64,000 nt of DNA. It comes from Acidobacteriota bacterium (GTDB lineage: Bacteria > Acidobacteriota > Thermoanaerobaculia > Gp7-AA8). The stretch lies in the NCBI GenBank assembly GCA_019244185.1, contig JAFATB010000014.1:680637-744636 (forward strand). The letters are read 5' to 3'. Position 1 is the stretch's first letter. Each line of letters begins with the position of its first letter. A program made the position numbers and the translations under genes. The notes beneath the pieces were generated by a model. It saw only the letters and a list, made by a program, of their open reading frames with translations. It ran no database searches and was not told the origin of the DNA. Below, one piece after another: positions 45,329 through 55,012 of the stretch.

Positions 45329-47590
45329 TCAGTGGGACGGCAGCGACTCGACGATGAGCCGGTCGAGCGACCAGCCGCGCGTCTTGATGCGTTGACCGGA
45401 GCGTTTCTGCCCCACCGACGACAGCAATGTCTCGAGCGGTGACGCCGTGTCCCGCGTGCGCGTCTGAACGCCGTTCCATTCCAGCACCCAGGGATTTGGC
45501 AACGGTTCATCCGTCGACAGGAGAAAGTAGGTGTCCACTCCCCACGGCGGGGAAGCGACGAACGATGCTGGCAGCGCGATTTCAGAAGGCGGTGCGGCAG
45601 CGTCCAACGGAAAGCGGTTTTCGACAGAGCTGGCCGGGTAGAGCAAAATACCGCGGCCCCAGCTATCGATCAGAAAGGCATAAACGTAGCGGCGCGCGAC
45701 AGTGGGCGATGGCGTCGCGCGTGCGCGCAGGCACAGACGATAATTCTCCCCTTCATGCAATAAACTGTCTTCGACCCATGCACCATCGCGCAAACGGCGT
45801 ACTGCCATGACGTACGGAAATGCAGAGTCCGGCGGTGCGTCCATCGTTTGCCATCCGTGGATGCGTGCGAGACGCAGCAGGTCGTCGTAAAAGAGGGCAC
45901 CGGAATCTTCAGCCGCGGTTTTCCACGTGGTCCGTAGCGGCAAAACGCTGCGCCGCGCGTCATCAACGGCCAGCCCGGGCCGCACCCACGCGTATTCGAC
46001 GGAATCCTCGGCGAATCGACCGGCGAGCACGTAATCGGCGACATCGGGATCGCTGACGAAAGTGATATTGCCGCCGCTCTCCTCGTGCTCGTGTTCGATC
46101 TCGCTCACCGTCGTGCCTGAAAGGGGCACCTGCACGAACAATCTCGCATTTCGTGGCAGCGCTGCGATGATCGTTGCGGCATCCGTCTCTTTGGAGAATC
46201 TCGAACGCTGTCGGTCATCCGTCACGAGTTCCCATCCGGCATCGCGATAGCGCAACAGATGCGTGGGAGAGACGGAGGTTGGATCCTCCGTCCATCGCAC
46301 GCCAGTGCGCACGGCGATCTCCTTCAACTGGCGGACGAACGGTTCGAGCGCCGTTGCCGTGGCCGGTAGCGCCACACGCAGAGGTGGTGACGGTGGGGCT
46401 GCCCATGTACGCATTTCGAAGAGATCGCCGGAGTGGACGGCCTTCGACGCAAGCCGCTCCGGGTTTCCATTCAGCCGCGCTTCGCAGGCTCCGTAGCCGA
46501 TCAGCGCGGTTACGATCAGCTCCAAAGAGGGATCGGAAGCCGATCGTAGTTCGCTGCCTTCGGTGATGCCGTTGATCCAGCCTCCTTGCAAGACGATGCG
46601 ATCGCCATCGACAGCGCGGACGGCGACGGCATTGTGGTGCGGCGCCGCGTCGTTGTTGCCAGCAAGGAACGGCCGGACGCGATCATTCGGTGCGGCGGCG
46701 AGGACTGGATCCTGGTCGGCGCGCTCCGCGCGCAAGCGAGCTTGCGCGCGGAGAAATGTGTCGATTGTGGTCTCGTTCGGCGTCGCATCGCGCATGGCCC
46801 GGGCGAGCGCCCATGAAAATGCGCCATGCATCTTTCCTTCGGCGTCCAGCGTTTCCCACGCGAGATCGAAATCCTGTGCCGCCGCCAGAATCACCGCGCC
46901 GCGATCCTCCGGCCGCGGGCCGGCGCCCGCGCCGTCAATCACGGCGCGCGAATCCGGCCTGACGCCGCGTACGGGCAGGCCACTCGGCATCCCTCGGCCG
47001 GCGGAGCCGCTGTGGCAACTGTCGAGAACGACCGTTAGCTGGGCTCCGCGATCGAGAATGGCATTGAAAAGCCGGCGCAGTTCCTTGTCACGGATGTCTG
47101 CCGCTCCAAGAATCGCGTCGGCCGGCACGATCGTCTCATCGCGTCGATCGGGCTCTGTTGATTGGGGATTGAAAACCTGGGAGCCGTGGCCGGAGTAGTA
47201 AAAGAGAATGACGTCGTGCGCGGTGGCCTTCGACGCGAGCGCGCCCAAGGCCTGGAGAATGGCTGTGCGCGTGGCCTGCTGATCCTTCAATGTGATGATG
47301 TTCGATGCCGTGAACCCGTATCGGCCGGCGAGGAGCGTTGCCGCGGTTTCGACATCCATGACGGCACCGCGAAGATTGTTAATGCCGCGCGGATTGCGGA
47401 TCGCGCTCCGTGCGATCGTCGACGCGCTGTAGTCGTTGATCCCCACGAGTAGCGCCCGCTTCACCACCGCTGGGCGTGTGGCTGCTGCCGGTCCGGCTTG
47501 GATGCCGAACGAAGTTGCGGCCGTGGCTTGATGAACGAGACACAGAACGACACACGACGCCCAGCAGGCGTTCCAATACGGACTCCTCAA
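45329..47590 (-). CDS. Exported caspase-family (peptidase C14) protein with DUF4384-like C-terminus
   Basis: TTG start with GGAGG RBS; signal peptide; KRALLVGINDY, LRGAVMD, YYSGHGSQ, LDSCHSG, HGAFSWAL, QDP; C-terminal YVYAFLIDS.G...LLYP. Confidence 0.92.
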   Translation of the reverse strand: MRSPYWNACWASCVVLCLVHQATAATSFGIQAGPAAATRPAVVKRALLVGINDYSASTIARSAIRNPRGINNLRGAVMDVETAATLLAGRYGFTASNIITLKDQQATRTAILQALGALASKATAHDVILFYYSGHGSQVFNPQSTEPDRRDETIVPADAILGAADIRDKELRRLFNAILDRGAQLTVVLDSCHSGSAGRGMPSGLPVRGVRPDSRAVIDGAGAGPRPEDRGAVILAAAQDFDLAWETLDAEGKMHGAFSWALARAMRDATPNETTIDTFLRAQARLRAERADQDPVLAAAPNDRVRPFLAGNNDAAPHHNAVAVRAVDGDRIVLQGGWINGITEGSELRSASDPSLELIVTALIGYGACEARLNGNPERLASKAVHSGDLFEMRTWAAPPSPPLRVALPATATALEPFVRQLKEIAVRTGVRWTEDPTSVSPTHLLRYRDAGWELVTDDRQRSRFSKETDAATIIAALPRNARLFVQVPLSGTTVSEIEHEHEESGGNITFVSDPDVADYVLAGRFAEDSVEYAWVRPGLAVDDARRSVLPLRTTWKTAAEDSGALFYDDLLRLARIHGWQTMDAPPDSAFPYVMAVRRLRDGAWVEDSLLHEGENYRLCLRARATPSPTVARRYVYAFLIDSWGRGILLYPASSVENRFPLDAAAPPSEIALPASFVASPPWGVDTYFLLSTDEPLPNPWVLEWNGVQTRTRDTASPLETLLSSVGQKRSGQRIKTRGWSLDRLIVESLPSH

Positions 47591-47648
47591 GAGACACCTC
47601 CGTCAGGCGGAAGAGCGGATTGTTGGGGAAAGTGGCGGGTAGGCGCGC

Positions 47649-48698
47649 CTAATACTGGATCATCGGGCAGAGCGTGCGGTCGTAGATGCCGCGGCCCGGC
47701 TCGATGCGCAGCCGCGTCAGTAATTCCGACCGCAGCGTTCCATCGGGATCCAGCGTTCGCCACTCGACTGCCGGCTCGTCGCTGCTCGTTCCGGCGTGCG
47801 GAATAGGACGCGTCGCCGGAGGTGTCTGCGCGAGCTGGTAATACTCCTCGAAATGCGTCCCGGGCCCGGGCGTCGGCGGAATCTCGCCAGCGGTTGCGAC
47901 CTCGAACGATGGAATGTTCAACACTGCCACTTCCACGACGCCATCGAGGGGTGTCAGGTGCATGGTGCGCGTCGCGCCGCCGGCGAAGTCCTTGGATATC
48001 AGTTCCACCGCGTCGCCGGGGACGCGGATCTCCGCCATCACCCAGTTGGCGCCCGCCTGCGCGTAAGGGCCGTTTTCCGTAGCGCCGAGGGCGCGGAAGT
48101 ACAGCGGCTTCACTTTGCCGTCGATCCGCACGAGCGAATACGTGGAGATCTTTCCGCGATCGAGTTTCAGACGTGCGGCCACGATGCTCGGAGGCTGCGC
48201 GGAAAGCACGGAGGCATTCAGAGGACCGAGCGTAGGCGATACTTGGTCGAGCGATGTGACCCAGCTGAAATCGGACAATTCGCGCCCGTTCGATGGAACC
48301 GGTCGCAGCCCATTTGCGTCCGCGCCACGCGTTCCGCTCTGCAGCCAGAGCGGCGGATGCAGGCAGCCGTCGCTGGCATCGGGTTTGTGAACCGAGATGT
48401 CGCTGCCGGCGAGTTGCCATGCGGCGCCGCCGGCGAGCGCCTCCTCCAGCGCGTCGAGCGCCTGAGATTCCGATTTGTCGCTGTAGAAAAACGTTGCGAC
48501 GGCAGGATCGCGGCGTTCACAACTCCCGGTGCAGCTTTGCGCGCGCGCCAGCAGGAACGGTTGGTGATGCGGAAGAGTCGTGCCGTCCGACGTTTGATAT
48601 CCATGCGTATTCAATAGAACGACATTGAGCTCTTTCTGGTCGGCGCTCGGAATGAACGCGATCATCCCACTAAAGAGAATGCGGAGAACGAAATCCAT
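47649..48698 (-). CDS. Hypothetical beta-rich protein between the CHAT and caspase genes
   Basis: ATG 48698 overlaps the CHAT stop (TGATG) and has an AGGAG RBS; MDFVLRILFSGMIAFIP...HFEEYY.L...LCPMIQY. Confidence 0.8.
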   Translation of the reverse strand: MDFVLRILFSGMIAFIPSADQKELNVVLLNTHGYQTSDGTTLPHHQPFLLARAQSCTGSCERRDPAVATFFYSDKSESQALDALEEALAGGAAWQLAGSDISVHKPDASDGCLHPPLWLQSGTRGADANGLRPVPSNGRELSDFSWVTSLDQVSPTLGPLNASVLSAQPPSIVAARLKLDRGKISTYSLVRIDGKVKPLYFRALGATENGPYAQAGANWVMAEIRVPGDAVELISKDFAGGATRTMHLTPLDGVVEVAVLNIPSFEVATAGEIPPTPGPGTHFEEYYQLAQTPPATRPIPHAGTSSDEPAVEWRTLDPDGTLRSELLTRLRIEPGRGIYDRTLCPMIQY

Positions 48699-51600
48699 CA
48701 GTTTTCTCCTGTATGGTTGGGCCGAAACGGAGATGAAGCCTGCCCCACGATTTGGTATGGAGCCCACGCGAACACCCAGTGAAATCCGGCGTCGTCGTGC
48801 TTTCGTATCTGGATCTGCGCCAGCCGCAGCGCATCGTCGGCGTCGAGTCCGTCTCGGTAATATTGATGGAAGGCGACGAGCAACTCCTCGGACGGAGCAT
48901 CGCCGACGTCCCACAGACTGCCGACGACGGCTGGGACGCCGGCGGTAATGAACGGTCGCACCAACGGCGCGAGGCCTTCCGGGCCGATCGGTACACCTCC
49001 CGTGCTGCTGCATGCGGACAGCACGACAAGGCGTGTATGACCGGTCCGGAACCGGGTGAGTAATTCCTGCGCGTCGATCGTGCTGAGGTGATCGTGCGAA
49101 GGCGCCAGCAGCATCAGCGAACGGAACGGCATTTCGGGCCGAGCGACCGCGTGAGCTGCGACGTGAACGATGGCCGCGTCGGGTGCCAGGTCGAAGAAAC
49201 GTGGTGCGGTCGCGTCCTTGTCGACCAGGACTTGAACCGCGGGGGCATACAAAGGAGCGATACGGCGGACCTCACTACGGCCGCGCGGCAGCCGATCAAG
49301 ACCGCGCGTGGCGTTGGACGGCACGAAAGCTGGGTCACCGATGAGTATCGCGGAACGGCGCCCGTCAACGGCGAGCTCACGGTCCCGTAATATCGAATAG
49401 ATGTAAAGCGTTCCGCTTGCCGCGATCGAGAGCCGATGATTTTCAATCAGGTACGGGCTGTCGCCGTCGGATCGCAGGGCGGCGAACGGCAGCCCATGCA
49501 TCGGGCCATCGGGACTGAACACGAGGCGGGCGTCAGCGGTGTGGGGAATGCTGGCCAACACTTCCAGCGGGCCGCTGACCAAGGCGTGGTGTACATCGCA
49601 GAGTGTCGTTTCGAAACCGTCGATGTTCTGTTCGCGGGCGTCCGCGCGCAGCTTGTCGTTCCACGATTCGATCGCCTTTTTGTGCACCGGCAGCGTCAGC
49701 ATCTCGAAGGTGCGCCGGGAGACGATCCATACATAGGTGCGATCGTCGAGAACGGAGTACTCCAACAGGAACGTATCTGCTGGAAGGCTCGATTGGATTT
49801 CTTCGAGCGCCAGCGACCGGCCGTCGTGTGTCCAACGACGAAATGCCTGCGTGGTCAGGGTGTCGAGTTGCAGAACGAGATGGAGCGGCTCGTAAGCGCG
49901 CGCCTGTTCGGCGAACGTGAATGCTTCCTGTTTCCGGTTGTCATCCGCGAGAAGACGGATCAGTCGTTGATACGTTTCTTGGGAACGGGAGAAGTACGCG
50001 CTCCAGAATTCTTCGCTGCTTCCTCGCCGGCGGCGATCCAGCAGGCCATCCTCTTCGGCACGCAATTCGGCAATCGCGGCTCGGAGATCGCGTTCGGAGT
50101 CGGCGCGACGATTCTCGTGACGAAATGCTTCCGCCCGTCCCATCAGCAGTTCCGCGCGAAACGTCCGAAAGGGCGTTTCGGACGCCAGCCGGAACGCATC
50201 GGTGAATGCGGTGACGGCCTGTCCGAACCTCTCTTCGCCGAGTGCCGCGTCCCCCTCGACTCCTTTGATGCGCGCCAGTAGCGCCTGGCGGACGCCCTGG
50301 TCGTCCTTCGCCGTGCCTTCGCTGATGAAACGGAACGCTTCGGACAGATCGCGGTCCGCTTGGCGGTAATCATTCAACCGGATGTGAACGGCTGCCATAC
50401 CTCGCAGCGCGATGCCGAGATTGCGGTGCAAGGCGACGATGCGGTCGGAGTCGGTGGAAGGCGTTTCTGCGAGCCGATCCTGAAAAAGCTGAACTGCTGC
50501 TGTCTGGTAGAGCAGGGCGATCTTCGGACAGTCCAGAGCCGTTGCAGCTTCCGCGGTTTCGCCGAGGAATTCATGACGCGATGGCGCTTCGACGAAACGC
50601 GCCTGATCGCGGCTTGCGAGAAACGACTCGGTCCATGCTTGTTCGGGATCGCCGAGAGTTCGAAGGATGCCGATCTTTCGCGTGTGCGCATTCGCCACGT
50701 TTTCGGCGTCGCCCATCCGGGCGAAGGCTTCGATCGCCGCGTCATACCGATCGAGTGCCTCGATGAAGCGGCTTTGGTAGGTATAGAGATACGCCTGATT
50801 GGAACGCGCGCGACCGAGGACGTACCAATAGTCGTTCGCATGTGCATGCGCTTCCACGGGCTCGAGTAAAGCCATCGCCTCGGCGAACTGGTTCCGAAAC
50901 GAGAGCGCAATCGCACGGGCCATCGTGGCGCTGCACGCCAGTTCGCTTTTCGCGTCTGTGAGGAGTTGCTGCGCTCGCGCGAACGTACGTTCCGCTCGCT
51001 CCGCACCGATTGCGCGTTCGGTTCGTCTCGCATCCCCGTACGCCGCGTGACCGCGCCGGAGTCGACCGAGCATCACTTCGTCCTTTGCGCGCTCGACCTC
51101 GTGAATGCGCTCGACGATCCTCAACAGATAACGGTCGCCCGTCCCGATAGTGAGGGTCTGCGCAATCGCGTCTGCGATCGCCAGTTGACGTTGCGCGGTA
51201 CCAGCATCACCGGACGCGGCTGCCGCCGCCCACGCCGGCAAAACCTCTTCCTCGACGTAACGGTGCGCCGCGCCGCGGAAGGGGTCGATGAGACTTGCGA
51301 GCGCCTTGCGGTCTCCCGCCGCGACGACGGCTTCGATGCGCTCTTGATTGCGCGGCCACTGCGAGGCTGCGGCTCTCGATGCATCTCGTCTCAGCGCGCT
51401 CCAGTGCTCGTCTGCCTCACGCGTCCAACCGGACCGAGAGCCGCGGCGCAACTGGTCCCATTGCTCCTCTGCTTCCTTCGGTAGACCGACTTGTTCGAGG
51501 GCGAGCGCACGGTTGAATCGCGCTTCGGTCAGTTGCGGGTCCCGCGCAATCGCCGCCTCTGCCGCATCGAGCGAGCGAAGAAGATCCGACGGCCGGTCGT

Positions 51601-52030
51601 CGCGTTCCGCGCGCAGTGCATAAGCGGCAGCGAGGTCGCTCCAGAGGCGTCCGGCCTGTGGCTGTTGTTCGGCGAGCGTTCGTAGCCGCCGGATTGCTGC
51701 ATCGGTGCAACGTGGTGCAGCAACGAGTGTGCGAAGTGTTTCCTCGTGATTGCCGATCATGTCGTCGCAGTCTTTGCCGCCAACAGACACGGGTGCATTG
51801 GCAATGTGAGACGCGCAGGCCGCTTCCTGGACGATATGCCCGGGCCGGAGCGAAACAGTGCAGGGCGACCATTCCGGCGCATCGGTCAGCCGTGCCAGAG
51901 TGCGCCGCGCAGCGACCGGACGCCGTGGCGCGTTGGACGATACGTTCGTCTCGCGGCCGCACGAAGCGGCGACACACAGAACGAAGACGGTGGCGACTCT
52001 CGCCACGGTGGAACGCGACTTTTCGAGCAT
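48698..52030 (-). CDS. TPR-CHAT protease, probable lipoprotein
   Basis: Lipobox-like VAASC; EARFNRALALE; TPRs; AEQARA, SPDGPMHGLPFAAL, VHVAAHA, VLSACSS, GSLWDVGD, WAPYQIVG. Confidence 0.92.
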   Translation of the reverse strand: MLEKSRSTVARVATVFVLCVAASCGRETNVSSNAPRRPVAARRTLARLTDAPEWSPCTVSLRPGHIVQEAACASHIANAPVSVGGKDCDDMIGNHEETLRTLVAAPRCTDAAIRRLRTLAEQQPQAGRLWSDLAAAYALRAERDDRPSDLLRSLDAAEAAIARDPQLTEARFNRALALEQVGLPKEAEEQWDQLRRGSRSGWTREADEHWSALRRDASRAAASQWPRNQERIEAVVAAGDRKALASLIDPFRGAAHRYVEEEVLPAWAAAAASGDAGTAQRQLAIADAIAQTLTIGTGDRYLLRIVERIHEVERAKDEVMLGRLRRGHAAYGDARRTERAIGAERAERTFARAQQLLTDAKSELACSATMARAIALSFRNQFAEAMALLEPVEAHAHANDYWYVLGRARSNQAYLYTYQSRFIEALDRYDAAIEAFARMGDAENVANAHTRKIGILRTLGDPEQAWTESFLASRDQARFVEAPSRHEFLGETAEAATALDCPKIALLYQTAAVQLFQDRLAETPSTDSDRIVALHRNLGIALRGMAAVHIRLNDYRQADRDLSEAFRFISEGTAKDDQGVRQALLARIKGVEGDAALGEERFGQAVTAFTDAFRLASETPFRTFRAELLMGRAEAFRHENRRADSERDLRAAIAELRAEEDGLLDRRRRGSSEEFWSAYFSRSQETYQRLIRLLADDNRKQEAFTFAEQARAYEPLHLVLQLDTLTTQAFRRWTHDGRSLALEEIQSSLPADTFLLEYSVLDDRTYVWIVSRRTFEMLTLPVHKKAIESWNDKLRADAREQNIDGFETTLCDVHHALVSGPLEVLASIPHTADARLVFSPDGPMHGLPFAALRSDGDSPYLIENHRLSIAASGTLYIYSILRDRELAVDGRRSAILIGDPAFVPSNATRGLDRLPRGRSEVRRIAPLYAPAVQVLVDKDATAPRFFDLAPDAAIVHVAAHAVARPEMPFRSLMLLAPSHDHLSTIDAQELLTRFRTGHTRLVVLSACSSTGGVPIGPEGLAPLVRPFITAGVPAVVGSLWDVGDAPSEELLVAFHQYYRDGLDADDALRLAQIQIRKHDDAGFHWVFAWAPYQIVGQASSPFRPNHTGEN

Positions 52031-52107
52031 CAGAACTCCCTGCGGATGGACCCTTGCCTCACGGCCGTCTTTACTGAGAGAAGGAGTTCGCTAATGATAT
52101 TCGACGA

Positions 52108-52680
52108 ATGCACATCGGCGGCTGGAGTGCGGGCGGACGGATCCCTTCCTTCGAGGACTTGTATCAGCGGTACTACCGTCGCGTCGTGTCGTACGTGATG
52201 AACTGCAGATTCTCACGCGACGATGCGCAGGAACTCACACAAGAGATCTTCATCCGTGTCTTAACCCACATGGATACGTATCGGGGCGACTCCGAGTGGA
52301 ACTTCATCCAGACCACGGCCCGCCGCCACGTATCCAACGAGATCCGGCGCCTCCACGCGAAGAAGCGCGAAGCCGTCATGTCTGCGGTTCACGAGCTGGC
52401 CCACGACCTCGAAGACAAGGCGCTTCCCGCGGATTTGAAGATCGAGCGGCATGAAGCGATGGCGGATCGGCAACGGAAGTTGCGAGCAGCGATCGCGCAG
52501 CTACCGCCAGGGAGCAGACATGCGTTTATCCTGCGGATGAAGGGGAAAACCTATAAAGAGATCGCGCACATTTGCGGGATCACGGACGTTGCGGCTCGGG
52601 CACGTTTCCACGAGGCTCGCGTCCGACTGAAGGCACAAGTCGGCGAGGACCCGCCGGGAGGCGACGATGACAAAGAATGA
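52108..52680 (+). CDS. ECF RNA polymerase sigma factor (start uncertain)
   Basis: FEDLYQRYYRRV...DAQELTQEIFIRV...YRGDS (region 2); AIAQLP..SR.AF.LR..G..Y.EIA (region 4). Confidence 0.88.
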   Translation: MHIGGWSAGGRIPSFEDLYQRYYRRVVSYVMNCRFSRDDAQELTQEIFIRVLTHMDTYRGDSEWNFIQTTARRHVSNEIRRLHAKKREAVMSAVHELAHDLEDKALPADLKIERHEAMADRQRKLRAAIAQLPPGSRHAFILRMKGKTYKEIAHICGITDVAARARFHEARVRLKAQVGEDPPGGDDDKE

Positions 52681-53413
52681 TTGGCACGAGGCGGTGCAGG
52701 CGGTCTCGGATGCAGAACTGGCGTCCCTGGGTGAGCCGCCAACCGATGAGGAGGTGCTCGCCTTTTCGCGCGGAGAACTGACCGGTGTAGCGGAGGCGCG
52801 CGTTCGCGAGTACCTCGTCCATGTTCCTGAACTACTCGACGCGTTGACGGCGCCGTTCCCTCCCGAGGATGCTCCGTCTGTCCTAACGGACGCGGAGGTT
52901 GCAGGGGATTGGAAGCGGATACGTGCGCCGATCAAGCCGGCCCGCCCGTGGTACATCCGAAAAGGATGGGCGATCGCAGCATCCGTGACGGCACTCGCTC
53001 TGGGAGGCTTGCTCATGGAATCGCATCAGACGAATCGCAGACTCGAGCACGAGTTGGCGGAACCTCGCACGAATCTGGACAACCGTCTGCTCCTGCCCGA
53101 TGGTGAGCGCGGCCTCGGCGAAGACCGAGCGGCGACGCTGCCGGGCGGCAACGCCGATTTCGTGTTTGCCGCAGCTCTCATCAACGCGCCACGGTACGAC
53201 GCCTATGCCGTCGCGTTGCTGGATCTCGCGACCACGCCGTCACGGCTGCTGTACAGCGCCAATGGGTTGCGGCGCCATACGGACAACACCTTGACCATCT
53301 TCGTTCCGCGTGCCTTTCTCCCGGCCGGCCGCTATAGACTCGTGATTTACGGCCTCCAAGAGTCGCGCCGCGACGTCCTCGCTACCTACACGCTGCGAGT
53401 ACCGCGCAACTGA
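52667..53413 (+). CDS. Transmembrane anti-sigma factor-like protein
   Basis: Overlaps the sigma stop; P..EE..AF..GEL....ARVREYL (degenerate ZAS), TM WAIAASVTALALGGLL, L.P.GERG, beta-sandwich ending LPAGRYRLVIYG...TYTLRV. Confidence 0.8.
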   Translation: MTKNDWHEAVQAVSDAELASLGEPPTDEEVLAFSRGELTGVAEARVREYLVHVPELLDALTAPFPPEDAPSVLTDAEVAGDWKRIRAPIKPARPWYIRKGWAIAASVTALALGGLLMESHQTNRRLEHELAEPRTNLDNRLLLPDGERGLGEDRAATLPGGNADFVFAAALINAPRYDAYAVALLDLATTPSRLLYSANGLRRHTDNTLTIFVPRAFLPAGRYRLVIYGLQESRRDVLATYTLRVPRN

Positions 53414-53417
53414 GGCG

Positions 53418-53449
53418 GCGCCGGGTCGCCGAGTGACGGCGCCCGGCGC
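53418..53449. terminator. GC-rich hairpin between convergent genes
   Basis: GCGCCGGG(T)CGCCG-agtga-CGGCGCCCGGCGC. Confidence 0.4.
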
Positions 53450-53454
53450 ATCGG

Positions 53455-54156
53455 TCAGTTGAAGAAGCGGATGAATGGATCGTCGCTCAAAAGCCACCCA
53501 CCTACCACGCGTGTCGCCCAGATTGCTGCGAGCAGCATGACGGCGATGACCGTTGGGGCGAAACGCTGCGGAATGTGCGCGAGCTGCGTGCAGCCCGTGA
53601 ACAGAATCGACAGCATGTACGTCCATGCGAAGAGGCTCACCAGCGCCACCGTCTGGAAGTTCGCAATGCCCAGCAGCGCCGCGATGATGAACACGATACT
53701 GAATGGTTGAAGGGCCACCCCGCACGACAGCAGATCTGCTCCGAACGCGCCGTCGGCGCGGAACGCCTTTCGAGCTCCGGCGCTGACGCCCGCCATCGCG
53801 GCAAACGGCACGAGTCCGACGACCGTCATGCCGAGCAGCAGCTTGGCGATGCCGTTGAACCCGATGTGCGACGCGGTGATCGCGCTCGCGATCCCGACGG
53901 CTAGCGCAAATGCGACGCCGAGAGCGATGCCCGCCGCGCGGGCCCGCTCCTCGCCGAGCGTCGCGTACGACCTCGTCAAGCCGCCGATCGGATCCGAGGT
54001 GATCTGGCGAATCGCCGTGAATGCATCACCGGACGCCGACTGAATGATTCGCCGCGCATCGGCCGCTGAAAACACCGGCTGATTGGATTTGCCACAGTGC
54101 ACGCATGCGGCCAGTGTGCTGCCTTCGTTCGCCATCCCACAATTTACACAGAACAT
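53455..54156 (-). CDS. Zinc-ribbon plus five-TM (Yip1-like) membrane protein
   Basis: MFCVNCG...CVHCG followed by ~5 TM helices; GAGGAGG RBS. Confidence 0.75.
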   Translation of the reverse strand: MFCVNCGMANEGSTLAACVHCGKSNQPVFSAADARRIIQSASGDAFTAIRQITSDPIGGLTRSYATLGEERARAAGIALGVAFALAVGIASAITASHIGFNGIAKLLLGMTVVGLVPFAAMAGVSAGARKAFRADGAFGADLLSCGVALQPFSIVFIIAALLGIANFQTVALVSLFAWTYMLSILFTGCTQLAHIPQRFAPTVIAVMLLAAIWATRVVGGWLLSDDPFIRFFN

Positions 54157-54166
54157 TGTTTCCTCC

Positions 54167-54862
54167 TCAGATTTGTGCCGCGGGTGCCCCTGTGCCACAA
54201 TCCGCACAGAATCGGGCACCACGGACGAGTGGTGCATGACAGGTTGCGCAGGCGGGCCGTGAATCGGCTCCATGCTTCCGGCGCGCGATCAGAAGCGCCA
54301 ATCCGGCGATCGTCGCCACGATGATCAGAGTGCTTGCCGCGCGTGAAAACGGAATGGCGTAGCCCCCTGCGGTGATATGGATTGAGCCGCCGGTCGTCGC
54401 ATCCCAGCGCACTCGTGAGCCGTCGATCTCGCCGTGGTCGCTGGCGCTGATCTTTCCCGGCATCGTCACGGCAATATGCCGTTTGAACGAGCCGTAGCCG
54501 ACCGGCTGCAGCGTTGCATCCAGCCGGTATTCGCGTCTCAGCCATCCCATTTTGGTGATCGTCAGTGCAAATCGGCTATTGCTGTCGTTGAGAGCCGTGA
54601 CGTCGGTAAAGTCTTTGCGGAGAATGGCGAAGCGATCTTTCCCTGCTCGTCCTTCTTCCACGACCGTAAAGCCTTCTTTTGCGGCATCCGTCCGGACGGT
54701 TCCCAAGTCGCTGGCGAGATCCTCCGGGATCGTGATCTTCAATCGGTAGGTGCCGGAGCCGTCGGCATTGATACGCAGGTCCTCATCGATCGCGCACGCG
54801 AAGAAGAGGAGAGAAAGCAAAGCGGCGAATGCTGCGACGCGTGACGGTCTCGCATGGTTCAT
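54167..54862 (-). CDS. LppM/DUF3153-like lipoprotein with TM and C-terminal zinc ribbon
   Basis: Lipobox FFAC; L.INADGSG, VTMPGKI...G....V.W; TM; CATC...FCADCG. Confidence 0.75.
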   Translation of the reverse strand: MNHARPSRVAAFAALLSLLFFACAIDEDLRINADGSGTYRLKITIPEDLASDLGTVRTDAAKEGFTVVEEGRAGKDRFAILRKDFTDVTALNDSNSRFALTITKMGWLRREYRLDATLQPVGYGSFKRHIAVTMPGKISASDHGEIDGSRVRWDATTGGSIHITAGGYAIPFSRAASTLIIVATIAGLALLIARRKHGADSRPACATCHAPLVRGARFCADCGTGAPAAQI

Positions 54863-55012
54863 TTGCGTCTCCGAATTGAGGTGTTCGTCCGCTACAGACA
54901 CGGTCTTCCGTCACTTGTTAGGGAACTGAATCCAACATTCGCGATCGAGGTGTGTCTATCGCCTCCAAAGCCCGGAAATCACAGGGAAACGCCTCAACGG
55001 GTCGGAGGAGGC

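Noticed and set aside
42174-53413. Type III-E Craspase or gasdermin locus
   Set aside because: No Cas7-11, CRISPR array or recognisable gasdermin, and the proteases appear exported. Used only as an analogy.
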